The notes under the pieces are model-generated. The model saw nothing but the letters and a program-made list of their open reading frames with translations, had not been told where the DNA came from and made no database searches. From Octopus vulgaris (lineage: Eukaryota), in contig OX597816.1 of the NCBI GenBank assembly GCA_951406725.2, positions 112,034,001 to 112,098,000 on the forward strand: a stretch of 64,000 bases of DNA, read 5' to 3'. This document shows, in pieces, positions 24,026 to 38,184 of the stretch (the first letter of the stretch is position 1; every line of letters starts with the position of its first letter). The position numbers and the translations under genes were made by a program.

Positions 24026-26885
24026 AGTCAGATAGTGTAGACTTCTAAATAGTGTAGACTTCTAAATTAAGTTAATGTTAAATTTCTGCTTAATTTTTAC
24101 TATGATATAGCTATTGCCTTTTCACATACAGAACCTCACTTTAAAAATAGTTTTCAGATTCATATCCCCACCGTAGAAGTGTTAAGACTGATCTTTCTGG
24201 TGGTGTAAAGCACTCAAGGTAGTGTCACATGAAAACGCCCATGTGATACCATATAGAAGTGCCTGTGCAGCGACATGTAAAAGCACCCATGCAGTACCAC
24301 TTAAAAGTGCCCTTACAGTGCCTGTGCAGTGTCACATAAAAGCACCAAGTACACTCTGTAAAGTGGCTGGCATTAGGATCGACATTCAGCTGTAGAAACC
24401 ATGCCAAAACAGACTGGAGTCTAGTGCAGCCCCCCATCCTACCACCCCAGCTTGCCAGCTCTAGTCACACCGTCTAACCCATGCCAGCATGGACAACAGA
24501 CGTTAAATGATGATGATTTCTTTCATTCTTATTCATCCCTAAAATGTAAGGGTTAATGGAAGGATATTCTCATTACTATTCTAACAAACACATATTCCCC
24601 AAATTCATGTGTATTTTCTCAAGAACGTACCATTGCAGTTTGAGCAATTCATGCAGGTGTGTCTTCATTAGCATGTACTAACTTTTAATTCATTGTAACT
24701 TCCTTTCCCCTTCTCTCTACATTTTTTAATGGTTTCTTAGCTTCTTTCTGCTGCCATCTTTCCAATATTCCATCTTTATATATCATCAATACATAATATA
24801 CAAAATAAAAGTTGCCTGCATAGGCACTCAAGTGTAATATATTTATGCATATGTATGATTGTGTATGTGTGTAAATAGATATGCATATATATAATGTGTT
24901 TGTATGTGTGTGTGTTTGTGTGAGTGTGTGCTTGTATGTATGTATTGTAAGTATATGTATAAAGAAATTGCATATTTGCATTTGTACATATATATGCAAT
25001 TTTATTTATATATATATACATATATATTGGCATATAAATAATTATATATATACATACACAGCACATACTTATGTATATGTTTGTGTCTCATTGAGAGAGG
25101 TAGCAATAACAGAAAAATTTTGTTGTTCATGTTAATTCCAAACGGGACTCTTTTGTTTGGAATAAAAAGGCAATACAAAGAATGGTACAGCTGGGGTTTT
25201 AGAAAAAGAAATAACCTAAAGCATAATCTTTAACATCTACAGGTCAAGCAAGTAGAACACGAGACATCAACTTCTGCACATGTACAACTTCTTCATCTGA
25301 CAATAACAACAACCACCTAGAAATTTGATTCCAAACCAAAAAGTCTGAATAAGACAGAAATGCCATTGACTGAAAACCAATAGCTTAGTGCTAAAATATT
25401 TAATAGTGTCTTTGTTGTTATTGTTTAAATAATTCTGTTTTTCTACATAAAGCTATCTTATACATTTATTTAGTGATTCTTTCATCACTGTTTTAGCAAA
25501 TATGTTAACACTATGCTTTGTTGATGAGGTCGTAGCAAGGCTGAAACATGGTAGAGTTATCTCCCATACTTGCCAAAATTATTAGAATAATATGAATCAT
25601 TGAGTAATGTTATTTTATTTCTTCATCATGTAATTACTTCTGATTACCTTTGTAATATCAAATATCATCAAAAATGTTAACATTAACTTACATAAATATA
25701 AATTAAATGTTAAGGACAATCAATCCTCCAGCTTGGAAGTAGTTATGTATTTACTTGCCCTGCTAATCATAGCATTATAGTATCCTGATCGCCCACAAAT
25801 AACACCCCACTATCAGAGTTTTCCCTTAGATCACATCTGCATATTACCTCTTCAATCATCATCACCATCATCGTTTAATATACGCTTTCCATGCTAGCAT
25901 GGGTTGGACGATTTGACTGAGGTCTGGCGAACCAGATGGCTGTACCAGACTCCAATCTGATCTGGTAGTTTCTACAGCTGGATGCCCTTCCTAATGCCAA
26001 CCACTCTGAGAGTGTAGTGGGTGCTTTTATGTGCCACCAGAACAAGGGTCAGTCAGGCAGTACTAGCAGCGGCCATGCTCAAATGGTGCTCTTTATGTGC
26101 CACCTGCACAGGAGACAGTCCAACGGCACTGGCAACAACCTCGCTCAAATGTTTTTTTCACGTGCCACCAGCACAAGTGCCAGTAAGGCGACGTAGGTAA
26201 CGATCACACTCAAATGAATCATGCTTCAATATAAATTAATAAATCAACATATGGTTAATTGATCTACTAGAAATAAGAGTTACATCTCTTTCAAATCATA
26301 CTTTACTGTCTTATAAAAGGGAGGATACATTGGATAATGTAGTCCATGCAACAATACATTATATTTAAAAAGCATGTAAATCCTTGTTTGATGACAAGAG
26401 GGTGAGTTATATATGTCATCATTATTTTAACGTCCACTTTTCCATGCTTTCATGGGTTAAATGGTATTTGCTGAGGCAAATTTTCTGTGGTTTGATGCTT
26501 TTTCTATCACCAACCCTTACCTTTTTCCAAGTAAGATAATATTTTCCCTATGACCAGACATGTTTTCATGGAAGATTGGAAACAACAAACACTGTTTGCA
26601 CGACAGTGGCATTCATTTACAATTACCATTGGATGTCAAGGCAAGGAGGCAAGGAGACAGTAATATGCACACACACCATCCTATTGTGGTCGATGCCAGC
26701 TCCTCTGACCCCTGTGCCAGTGGTACATAAAAAGCACTCACTACACTCTCAGAGTGGCTGGCGTTAGGAAGGGCATCCAGCTGTAGAAACACTGCCAGAT
26801 CAGATTGGAGCATGGTGCAGCCTCCTGGCTTCCCAGACCCCAGTCAAACTGTCTAACCCATGCCAGCAGGGAAAACGAACGTTAA

Positions 26886-26887
<2 letters not shown>

Positions 26888-26938
<51 letters not shown>
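26888..26938. repeat. (GAT)n tail of a family F element
   Basis: Follows gttaaat at the 3' end of the 26675 copy. Confidence 0.9.
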
Positions 26939-27064
26939 ATACTTTATTTGTGCATTAAGTTTACCATGTCAAGAAAATATTTTAATATCTTAACAATTTT
27001 TCAAGCTGATCACATGGAGGATTGGTGTTCATCATGTGTGAGTATATATACATGTGTGTGAGAG

Positions 27065-27095
<31 letters not shown>

Positions 27096-27173
27096 ATGTA
27101 TGTATATATGTGTGTGTGCATGTGTGTGCATGTGTGGAAGGATGAATGGGTTGATGAGTGCATGGATAGATGG

Positions 27174-27209
<36 letters not shown>

Positions 27210-27793
27210 ATACTTCTTGCAGTACCAGCTCTTGTCGATACAATCCACATGATTTCACTACAATTTGGATATGTACTGAAGAAAACAATGAAATGGCAGC
27301 AGAAAAATATTCATATTAATGATACTTCTGAAATTTTACCAACTACCAAAGAATTGTCATGTCAACTTAATAAAAAGTAACCCTAAATTTTCAAAAAGTT
27401 GCAGATTCTGACAGAACATAACCTAAAACGAAAACTTGAGACTAAATTTGTGAAACAGAACCAGAATTGTACAGTACACCTACCCTCTGATTTTTTCTTT
27501 TAATTTTTGTAAAATTACCTTGAGTTACTCTACTTTAAATGTTGGAGATTATGATATCTCAAAAAACTTCCACAAATTCAATTTTATTCAACACTGATTT
27601 CTCCATTTAATATTAACCCCAACCTTAATTACAAACCTGAATCCATAAACTTTAATCCAAATTCCCAAAGCCTAACCTTTTTTTTTTTCCTTTTGTAAAA
27701 TCTTAATTTACAGTTTTTGAATCATAGAAATCCAGAGAAATTTCTCATAAAATTTTTTTTTTAAATCAGAAAGTTACTTGGTTGAAAGTGTTT

Positions 27794-27824
<31 letters not shown>

Positions 27825-28364
27825 GGTTATTGATATAATTGGCTTAAGATACAGTGTGAATCTAGGGATGAGAGGTTCGCATGAAACTTTTGGCCTTTCA
27901 GTCATTATATACTCATATTTTGAGCTCTGTTTTCTGGTTTGCATCACCAAAACTCGCGTGTGTATGTGTGTGTGTGCGTGTGTGCACATGTATGTATGTG
28001 TACATATGTATGTGTGTGTGTGTACATATGTATATATATATGTTTGTCATCATTCAGTTTATTTCAAGATTTCTTGCCAATAAAGAGCCGGTTTCTAACC
28101 TAGATCCAAGTTCTCTTCATTGGAATTTCAGCATCAATAACAGAGTATTTTTGTTTGTATGTATGTATGTATGTATGTATGTGCAGATTTGTATGTTTTA
28201 TGTATATATTCTCATGCATGTAGTTGCATATCTAGATATGCTCATATATATTTTAAATGATAAACTTCTGGAAGGTTTTACAGATTTTCCCAGTTCCAGT
28301 GATGGATTGGATCAGTAGTCTTCGAATTAGCTTTCTCCTTTCTGGTTTTGTGAAGCCTAAATAC

Positions 28365-28476
28365 GTATGTATGTATGTATGTATGTATGTATGTATGTAT
28401 GTATGTATGCATGTATGTATGTATGTATGTATGCATGTATGTATGTATGTATGTATGCATGTATGTATGTATGTAT
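28365..28476. repeat. (GTAT)n microsatellite
   Basis: Seen directly. Confidence 0.95.
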
Positions 28477-28477
28477 G

Positions 28478-29790
28478 TTGAATACAGAGTTAAGCAAGGT
28501 GATCTCAAAGCACTGACACTCTGCTCCAAATACTTTACAGCTATGCTTCAAATACTGCTCTTCGGGTAATGCGGTTTAATTTGAGAACAAACTTTAAATG
28601 CATGGTACATGATCATTTATACATGGATGACTGCAACTTAATAACTCACACAGAGCAAGGCTTACACCTATTTAGTGCATTTAATTCTTCATGTAATATA
28701 TTTGGTCTCACAATTATTTTTAAAAAAAAATAAACTGTTGTAATGCATCAATCTGCTCCTGGAGAAAATTCAACATACCACAGATACTAGTTAAGGGTAT
28801 AGTGTTTAAGATGGTGACTTCTTTTGAACAACTGGGTTCATGATGATGGACATCTTGGCTGTGAAAATCCCTTCTTGCATTCAGAGGCCAAGAAAAGCCT
28901 TTGGTAGTCTAGAATCCAAAGTCTGGTCATAGTGCCATATCAAAGCTGATACTAAGGTGATGGTATATTCTCATTTGTTTTTTCTGCCCTGTTGTACTCT
29001 TCTGGGTCTTGGAAAATATACAACATCATGTAAAAATGTTAGGAAGATTTCACCAGAAATGTCTCAATCACATATTCTGAATAAGAACAGTCCTCTCTCA
29101 TTCCTGACACTGAGGTTCTTGCTTAAGATAGGATTACATCAATCAAAGCCATGTTTATTCGGAATCAACTATGATAGACAGACCATCTCATCTGTATGGA
29201 TAGTGAGCACATTCCCAAACAAATACTTTAGTGCGAGCTTATCCTGAGAAAGAATAAAATAGTAAGCTGAAGAAAAGATACAAAGCCTCTTTAAAATCAA
29301 ATTTGAAATGCCTTAAATTTATCTTAAAAAGTCTTGAATCACTAGTGGCAGATAGGGAATCATGGAGAGCAACAATTTAGAATGGGGTTGATTTTGAGTT
29401 TGATGCTGAAATGGAAAGAAAATTTCATGAAAATTAGTGTTTCTCATTCCTTCTTTAAATGTTTCTTCTGTACAGAAATATGCACATTTCACACTTGTAT
29501 AAGATTGCACCAGCATGCACTATTGGAATTTAATTCTAGATGATTAGTTTCAATGCAACGTCTGTTAAAAAAAACCTGCAAGTGACATTGAGGATTGAAG
29601 CAGCACTTGAACATTCATAATAAACAAGCATAAAATGGAGCCAATGCTGAAATGAAACAATGGTGCAATATATGTGATCAGCTCTTCAAATGCCTTTCAG
29701 AGATCAAAAATTGTTTGAGACCTCACACGAGGAACGAGCAATTACAGGTACATGAAGAGGTCAAGCTTTGCAAAGGGAAGACAGCCATCA
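28478..29790 (+). mobile_element. RTE/BovB-like LINE relic: RT C-terminal half plus three C2H2 fingers
   Basis: VKQGDLKALTLCSKYFTAML (QG motif), LYMDDCNLITHTEQ (YADD), KAFGSLESKVWS, KADTKVMVY, MLGRFHQKCLNHIL, IPDTEVL, HLICMDSEHIPKQIL, KKRYKASLK, DRESWRATI; many stops and frameshifts. Confidence 0.85.
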
Positions 29791-31308
29791 AGTACATATA
29801 TATGTATGAAAATTGCCTCTAGGCTAGTTATATTTTACTAGTTCATATTTAATGTGATATCCAATAGGATTCTTACATTTAAAAGTTGAATTTAGAATTA
29901 AAAATTTTTAAGTTTCAAATAGCCAACGTAAATAGTAACATACAGTCCTAAAAAGTACTACTTCTAGCCTAGTTTGGCAATAACCAAACACAAGCAGACT
30001 AATATCTGGAATGCAATGAATACCAATGTAGAATTGGGATTTTATTATTTTTCCGGGGTTGATGTGATTGACTATACCCCCACCACAAATTCCAGGCCTT
30101 GTACCTATAGTAGAAAGGATTATTTTGCTTCAACAAGCTAATGAGACATATACACATGTTTAAATGTTTTTAAAAAATGAGACAAATGCTGTTTTAAAAC
30201 ACTGTAGTTATACAGGAAGAAGTGGAATAAAATTAATTAAACATTTAAATTATGTATAAAAATGACTTAAAGTTTGTTTTTCTTTCTACTGCATTTAAAT
30301 GAAGAGTATTTGGAATCCCCAAAATTAATTTTTATACAATTTTCTATTTCTGTAAATGTACACACATAAATAAATGAGGAGAGAATAAAAATACAGACTT
30401 TGATTGGTAATAATTGTTCATCCCATTTCCATTTCTTAAATACAATCTCTCTTTTGCTTTCTCTATTACAAAAATAATATCTTTCTCGATAACTCTACAT
30501 CCTTCATTATAAGAAAATTCATGATCTTTTATGAGAATAACCCTTTCGACAGGTATCTGCTCTTATGTAAACTTTTATCTAACCACATTCAACTGTGAAC
30601 ATAAATACATATGTAGCAACAGGTTTCCTTATTTGAACTTTGAACATTCAGCTTAAAGTTAAATCCAAATGCTTATAGCATATTTATATTTGATTGTGCT
30701 GACCAGAACAAGCTGCACTGTATCCTTGAACTTTATAAAAGCACCTACTGACATTTTTCACAACCAATCATTTTGCTGCCAGTTTTGATAGACATTGACA
30801 AATGCATTTGATTGACCTAAAATATTTTAAAGAACACTTTCAATATTTTTAAGGCAGCTTTCCTAAATCCTGAAATGTGTCTCCCTTATTGCAACTGAAT
30901 GCTTTGTATCTCCAGTCCCATATGAAGATGTCTTTTGACTCTTAACATTTTATGGAAAATTCCACCAGCTTTTAATTCACGAACATTTATTTACAAAAAT
31001 ACATAATAAATTGTAAATTATGTACATTTTATTACTTGGTGTTATGAAACACATTTTTTAACGTATTTCCTTTTTCTTAACTCGTCATTACATCTTTTTA
31101 ATCAACGTTTAAAAGCCTCATAACACTACTGAACATACATTAACTTTTATGTGTTATTGTGCTCATCACAAATATTAGCATTATAGAGAGATATTTCAAA
31201 TAGAGGACTCAAAGTATTTCAACAGAATGATAATTCAATGGAGGAATATCTGATAATATATCTACACAATACCAGTTTCAATTTTTGATCTATGCTAGCT
31301 AACTTTAA

Positions 31309-31561
31309 CTCTTTTGTGAACATATTTCTATTGAAATAAATTGGCTGTGTGTTTCAATTAATTTTCAAACTATCCAAGAGATGGGATGGATTTCATTTAA
31401 TAACTAATGTTTACCTTCTAATGTTGATGTTTGAAATGCAATTTAATAGAAATATCTTACATAAAATTATGATGAAACATTTCAAAATAAGAACATTTTA
31501 AAATGAAAGATATTTTATCTTGGAGTCAGGTGCAGTCTCAACTGAGTTGGCATCAAAGCAA
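31309..31561. mobile_element. possible TTAA-flanked (piggyBac/Kolobok-type) MITE, heavily decayed
   Basis: TTAA at 31305-31308 and 31562-31565 with weakly inverted ends (ctcttttg / caaagcaa). Confidence 0.3.
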
Positions 31562-31565
31562 TTAA

Positions 31566-32400
31566 TGAATGATGTTTGAAAGAGTGCAAGGGAGATTTCA
31601 CCGAATAATGATGAAATTTGTGTTTTTAGACCTATCTCTACTTTTATGAAGAACTCTATTTCGGTATCACTATATCAATTTCTTCTGGTGAAATATTTCA
31701 TACTTAAACAGACAATTCAGTAGAATCCATTGTCATTACATCAAGAGACTGAGAAAATTAATTGAAAGAATATTTTTTCAAGCAAGTATTTTAAAGACTT
31801 TTTGCCTTTTTTTATTTATCATGTTAAATACAATTCTTGTCCTACAAAAGTGAAAGACTACTAGTTTTGGTATTAAATCTATTTGCAAAGGACTCACATA
31901 AATCAAATTGCAATACAACTGGAGTTATTTGACAACAAATGTGAGATTTCACAGACATTTGCAGTTGTTCTCCATTGAAATTTTGTTTAATGATAATCTC
32001 ATATATTATATTGACTTTTTCCAGAGCTGTTACATTAACTGATGGATTATTGTTTAACGAGAAAATGTAACAGTTTTAACACAAGTAATAATGGGTCAAA
32101 AATTTAATTTTCTTTCCAACTCTCAATTTGGGAAAATTCTGGTCGCTACAAGAGATGCAAGTAAAATTGGTAATTTTCTCAATAATTATTCCCAGAAGAC
32201 ATTGAAGTAATTTCAAATAAACATAAGCTAGCAATTTGGTGAAAATCTTGTAAGTGAACTTTAGTGTAACTAAATTCCATGGGAAAGAAAAGCTGATAGA
32301 TTACAAAATCAATATAGCTGGAAATTGCATTTTTACATGAGAATTAAAAATACATCATTTCTTTGATAATTTATAAAACTAAGATACCCGACACTTATAG
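31566..32400 (+). mobile_element. possible highly decayed hAT transposase C-terminus
   Basis: Only traces: GENLVSEL and NSMG(K)EKL near 32240-32300 resemble the hAT dimerization motif ERSFSKL...STMGQERL. Confidence 0.25.
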
Positions 32401-34929
32401 TAAAACTACTTATGAAGAAAATTAAGTTTGCAATGAGTAAATAATATAGAAAACAGGAAATGTTCAAATGTTTTATCCTATGAGGAAATTTTAATCTAGT
32501 TTAATGTTTCTAATATACATATTTCTATGACTATTTATTAAATAGTTTATGAGATGATAGACAAACACATTAATGCCATCAACAGGAAATAAGTTAAGAA
32601 AAGATGAATTTAAAAAATTTATTTTTTATGTTTTATTAGTAGCATATTGCTATGTATTGTTCACAGTCAAAAGTGAACGTTATGGATACATGTGTATTGG
32701 ATAATCTATTATTATAAATGGGATTTGTTGCTCTCTATATAAAGCACCTAGTGAATATATCTCACTGTTTTAGCAGAACATTGCTACATAATCTTTTATA
32801 CTTCATGTTTATAGCAATTGCAAAAAATGTGACTGCGAATGTATTTAGAATATTAAAAATATATATATTTTTACACCAAACTCTAGTGAGCTTTCTCATT
32901 TGTTTGTGGATGGTAACATTGTTACACATGCTTATCTGTTTCTTTTTTCCAGCAGCTTTAAGGTAAAAGACTTCTATTCGAAGCATTATGTATAAAAAGT
33001 AATCCTACTGCTCTATTTACATTTTCCTTCCCTTCTATTTACAGCCAAAACAATATGAAATTGATCCATTGGTTATGCTTAAAATACAGATTGGTGAACA
33101 AATTTATCTTTCTTTTAATATCATAGCAATGGAAATTGCAGTTGGGTCCATGAAAAGATATTAATACATGAAAATATCTCTACAATTGCCATTTTCTCAA
33201 TGCTGATAAAGATATATGTCATAGGCCATTTCCAGTAGAATAACTCCAAAACCCAATATTTTACTGAAAATATATCATCAATAACAACAAGAAAACTATT
33301 AATTTATCCACCACAATTATTACATGTATCAGAATAAATATTAATATATCAGATTCTAAGAAGTTTGTCTAGTGCCTTTAGGTAACAGAAAGAACTTTGA
33401 CTTCAGACACTTCTTTTTAATATCATTGTAACCATGAAAATAGAAACATGTGATTAAATCTCAATTTCTTTTGTAACTTAGGCAAATTAATAATAATACA
33501 TCACACTTTTACTATTTATTGGCACATGATATTGTTAAAATTAAATTTTTCATCCAAAAGAAAAAAAAAACTGAAGAATTCGAAGAAAGATATTTTAAGA
33601 ATATTAAAATTAAATATTATAACAAAAATGTTCAAGTATGTTTTTCCATAATAATGTTGATTTCTTTTTCAGCAGACACAACAATAAACCTAGTATATGT
33701 GAATATTTACTTATTGCTTAACTTCAGATCAGCTCTGGTTATGCAGATGTACAAACTAAAACATTTCTCTTATAACCATTCTATCTATTTATTTCAGATA
33801 TAGTGTATCTAAGACTACATTATCAATTGTCATTTTCCTTTGTTTTTATGACAGCAGGGTGGTGTTTTGTAGGTAATTTGGTTGCCGTTTTTGGTTAGGT
33901 ATATAAATTAGTTTGTACGTGCAAAGTTCATTGAATTGATTACATTATATTGTTGGTTGGTTCTTTTAACAATACAGAGTAAACTAAAGCAAAGTTAATC
34001 CCAGTTGGATTTCATTATAATGACAAAATAAAAGCTATCAAGCACTTAGTATAATTAATGTTAACACATTTCCTGCTGCAGGCATCAAAAATCTAATTAG
34101 AAACACTAATGTTGTGAAGAAAAGACATTAGCTCAATGACTAATATTATTTTAATAATTTAGACAAGTACTAGCGACAACTCCAGATAAATTTTTGGTTT
34201 TATTGCATGTAAATATTAGCTCTGTGGCTAAAAGATTTGCTTTTCAGCTATATCAGTTCAGTTTCGATCTCACTATTCTGTATACTGGACAGGTGTCATT
34301 TTTATTGCAGTCTCAGACTAACCAGTATTGTATGACTGAATAAGGTAAACAGAAACTATATGAAGCCCGTTATATATGTATGTTGTATGTATGAGTGTGT
34401 GTGTATATATATAATCATCATCATCATCAACATCATCGTTTAACATCCGCTTTCCATGATAACATGGGTTGGATGATTTGACTGAGGTCCGGTGAACCAG
34501 ATGGCTGCACCAGACTCCAATCTGATCTGGCAGAGTTTCTACAACCGAGTGCCCTTCCTAACGCCAACCATTCCGAGAGTGTTGTGGGTGCTTTTACTGG
34601 ATTTAACATTCTCTATCTTAGTCATCCACATTCATTCTTATTTTCATACATATATATATATATATATATATATGAATGCTTTATCGTGAGAGATGATAGC
34701 CATCCCATCAGCACACATACCACACCCCATCACACAGTACAATCACTCCCTTGAGCCCTTAGGTGACTCTTAAGACCAGCTGCTGACTGAGAGGGCTTAA
34801 AACACAAGAGACAGATATTATTTAAGATTCATCTATATCTTTGCACTTTGGAATCTGATTCTGAAGGAATGTTTTTGTGAACTAGCACATGTCTTTTAAG
34901 TCCAGATATTGTCTTACAAGATTTTTGAC

Positions 34930-35225
34930 ATATGACACAAGTTTGCCAAAGTGTCTTTTTTTTATGGTGAGCTCAAGACTGGTAAGTGACCACAACATAA
35001 GCCAAGGAAAAGGTATAAAGACTGTGAAGGAAAACCTGAAGAAACTAGATATGAACAAAAGTGATTGGGAAAATGACGCTCAAAATCAGAACAAGTGGAG
35101 AGGTGCTGTTAGGACTGGTTGTAATGCCTAGGAGGAAACGATGATACAGCACTCTGAACTTAAAAAGACCTGTTGTGAAGGAACAATTACAACTCTAATC
35201 AACAGTGAACATTGGGTATCTATTA
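34930..35225 (+). mobile_element. RTE LINE 3' coding fragment
   Basis: DTSLPKCLF/YGELKTGK*PQHKPRKRYKD/VKENLKKLDMNKSDWENDAQNQNKWRGAVRTG, typical of the RTE C-terminus. Confidence 0.85.
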
Positions 35226-37817
35226 TGTATATATATATATATATATATAAACACTTTTACTTGTTTTAGTCATTTGACTGCAGCCATGCTAGAACACTAC
35301 CTTGATAAATATATATTTGCGTGTGTGTGTATAAATATATATATATATATATAAGTCTAAGGTTCTGGTAGAATGTAAAGTTGGGGTATTTCCAGAGAAG
35401 CACTCAACCTGAATACTGGGCTATCAACACTGTCAGGTTCCAGGCCAGTGCTGGAATTCCTCAGGAGTAGAGAATCCAAGTTTCACAGCAATGACACCAT
35501 GAGGTAGGTTTGGCAAAGAGCAAATAAATCCAAATGATAAGAAGAAGGTAACAGAAAATTCTTTAACACATTTTTAATGATTCATTACAGTTGTTTCTGT
35601 ACCAACTTTACTTGCAATGCCAGTTCATACAAAAATTTACGATTTTAGATATTAGAGAGGCACTTAATCAGACTTGCATCAAATGTATGCTGTCACATTG
35701 TGCATCTTCCAGACCTTGTTTATATATATTCTGTACTTTGTATGAAAAGATGCTTTGCTACAAATGGGGAAATTTGTTGACATTCCCCGTCAACAAATCC
35801 TCAGCAGTCCTGTGGAACAAAAAAATACCTTAATTGAAAAGAGTTAAGGGTCAGCAACAGGAAGGGCATCCAACTGTAAAATATTTCAGTACTTACTGTA
35901 CATTTGTTTAACTCATGCTAGCATGGAAAAATGGATAATACCTTTAGGTAAGTGAATGGTCTTTGACATAAGATGACACTATATTTTAAAATTAGGAACA
36001 TGAAATGAAATTTTTGTTTCTTTTACTCAGTAATACATAGGTTTCTCCAAACATACTGAATCAGTGATGAGAAAATTAATGTGCTGTTGTATAATATTGC
36101 ATGAAAAATTAGAATATGTTGAAACAATAAATCATTGAAGTTAATTTCTCAGGAATGCTATTTATCTGAAAAACAACATTTAGGTTTGTGTTACTATATT
36201 TAATATAGTTGGCATTAAAAATATAACTGAAAATACTTATGAACTAAAGAAAATGTATCATTAAATATGCAACAAATATTATTAAAATCATTCTTGCAAT
36301 TATGTGAGATAATTCTGGATATGTTTCAGTTTTATTAGACCTCTTCAGTGAAGCATAAACGTCATCGTATTTGCCACAGTAATGATGAAAAAAATCAATA
36401 AATAGTGGTACATTATTGTTTAGCACTCTACTATTTATTTATGACATCCTCAAGATAATATCTAACTGAATCAAAAAAAGAGAAAATGATTGAAAGATAC
36501 AAAGAAAAACAATACAATTGCATTGGAAAATAAAACATTTAGCTTTTTGCAGGGGGATATTATGATAACAGATAACAAGTTAACTCTATAACAACTATTG
36601 TTAATCATTCTTGGTGCTTCAGATATTATGCTCTTATGGGAAGAAAACAATAAATCTGAAAGCTTGGATAAAGCCCTAAGGATTCTTTGCATGTAAACAA
36701 TATTATTGCATGCAAGAAATTGTAATATCTGGCAGTTATTTCAAAATAATTGACATGTGAATAATATATGTACATGTATGTCAGAAAATTTGATATTTTA
36801 ACATCAAACTATTTCTTTTTCTTGAATAAGCTGGAAAAGATAATTAGATAGTATTTTTCTACATACTGACAATTTAAATGTTATAAGGTTAAATCTATTT
36901 TCCCAACACAATGTGTTACCAAAGACGAGACCACCTTAAAAATATTTGTTTAAAGATAAAACAAATGAAAAGCATAAAAGAACATTTATGCATTATAATG
37001 TATTGTTAGAATAGACCTAAGAAATGTTGGTTAATAGTTGTACTTTTACAAGTCAGCCCTATGAGAGAAAGAAAAGGAACCAGCTGTTGGAAAGCTGCAA
37101 ATACACAGACCTCATGGCTGGTTTGTTTGCAGCTAACCTCAGTATCCTATATTGGATAAATCAGGTCTTGCAGCAATATTTTGCAATATCTGTGGTTATG
37201 TTAGTGCTGGTACCTTTGAGCTATAATTTTTCAAAAGTACAATGAATCACGAAAGAAGTTGCTTCATTATATCTGAAAACAAATCTTTTTCCACTATGGC
37301 ATCATACTTAATTACCAGTGATAACTAAATAGAATGACAACACATATAAAATATAAATTAAGCTGAAGTAAACACAATTAATAGTTGTAAACAAATTATC
37401 TTTTATAGAATATCTCTTGTGGTCTCAGAAAATAAACATCAGTTGGTCTGGTATCGATCCTATCTTGGGATCTCATCAGGATCTGAACATATGTATAACT
37501 CTTTATGAAGACATTCCATTTGTAGCCATTACAATTAAGAACATCTCTAAATTGGATAAACAATTTATATAAGAAATGCATTCTTGGCAGCTAGTTCCAT
37601 TAATTCACAGCTGATGCAATCTTTTGTTTTGATGTTTTAATGTTTTATAGAATAAATCTAAGGTTTTAACTCTACATAGTTTTATAAATTAAACTGAATT
37701 AAAAACATTGGAGAGGTAGAAAGAGCAACCAGCCAGCCCAGTTTTGACCCTTAACAAGGATCAGATTTAAAACCCTGGACACCTACATGTAGTTGTGCAC
37801 ATGAATATTGAATATAT

Positions 37818-37920
37818 ATATTCAAGGGAATACCCAAAAGTAACGGGAAATGTTCTCTGTGGGACAAGCCCGTTGTAGTTCAGGCTTCCACCACTAGAAA
37901 CAACTCTATGCAACCCTCAA
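37818..37920 (+). mobile_element. possible mariner-type terminal fragment
   Basis: After (TA)n, ttcaagggaatacccaaaagtaacggg resembles mariner-family termini; no partner TIR found. Confidence 0.3.
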
Positions 37921-38184
37921 GTATTAAAATCATGGTGATGAGAGTATGTATGTATGTATGTATGTATGTATGTATGTATGTATGAATGTGTGTATGTATT
38001 CTCTTTCTCTTTTTAATTTAGAGTGAATTTTGGCAGACCACCTCCTCAGTAGCAAGGTTGTGAATGAAAGCATCTTTTTTAACCATCATCCTTCAAATCT
38101 TAAGGAAGTTTTGCAGATTGTTATAGTCCCAGATATCATGTTAATTTGTAGCATTTTAATGTACACATTTTAACTTTTATCCCC

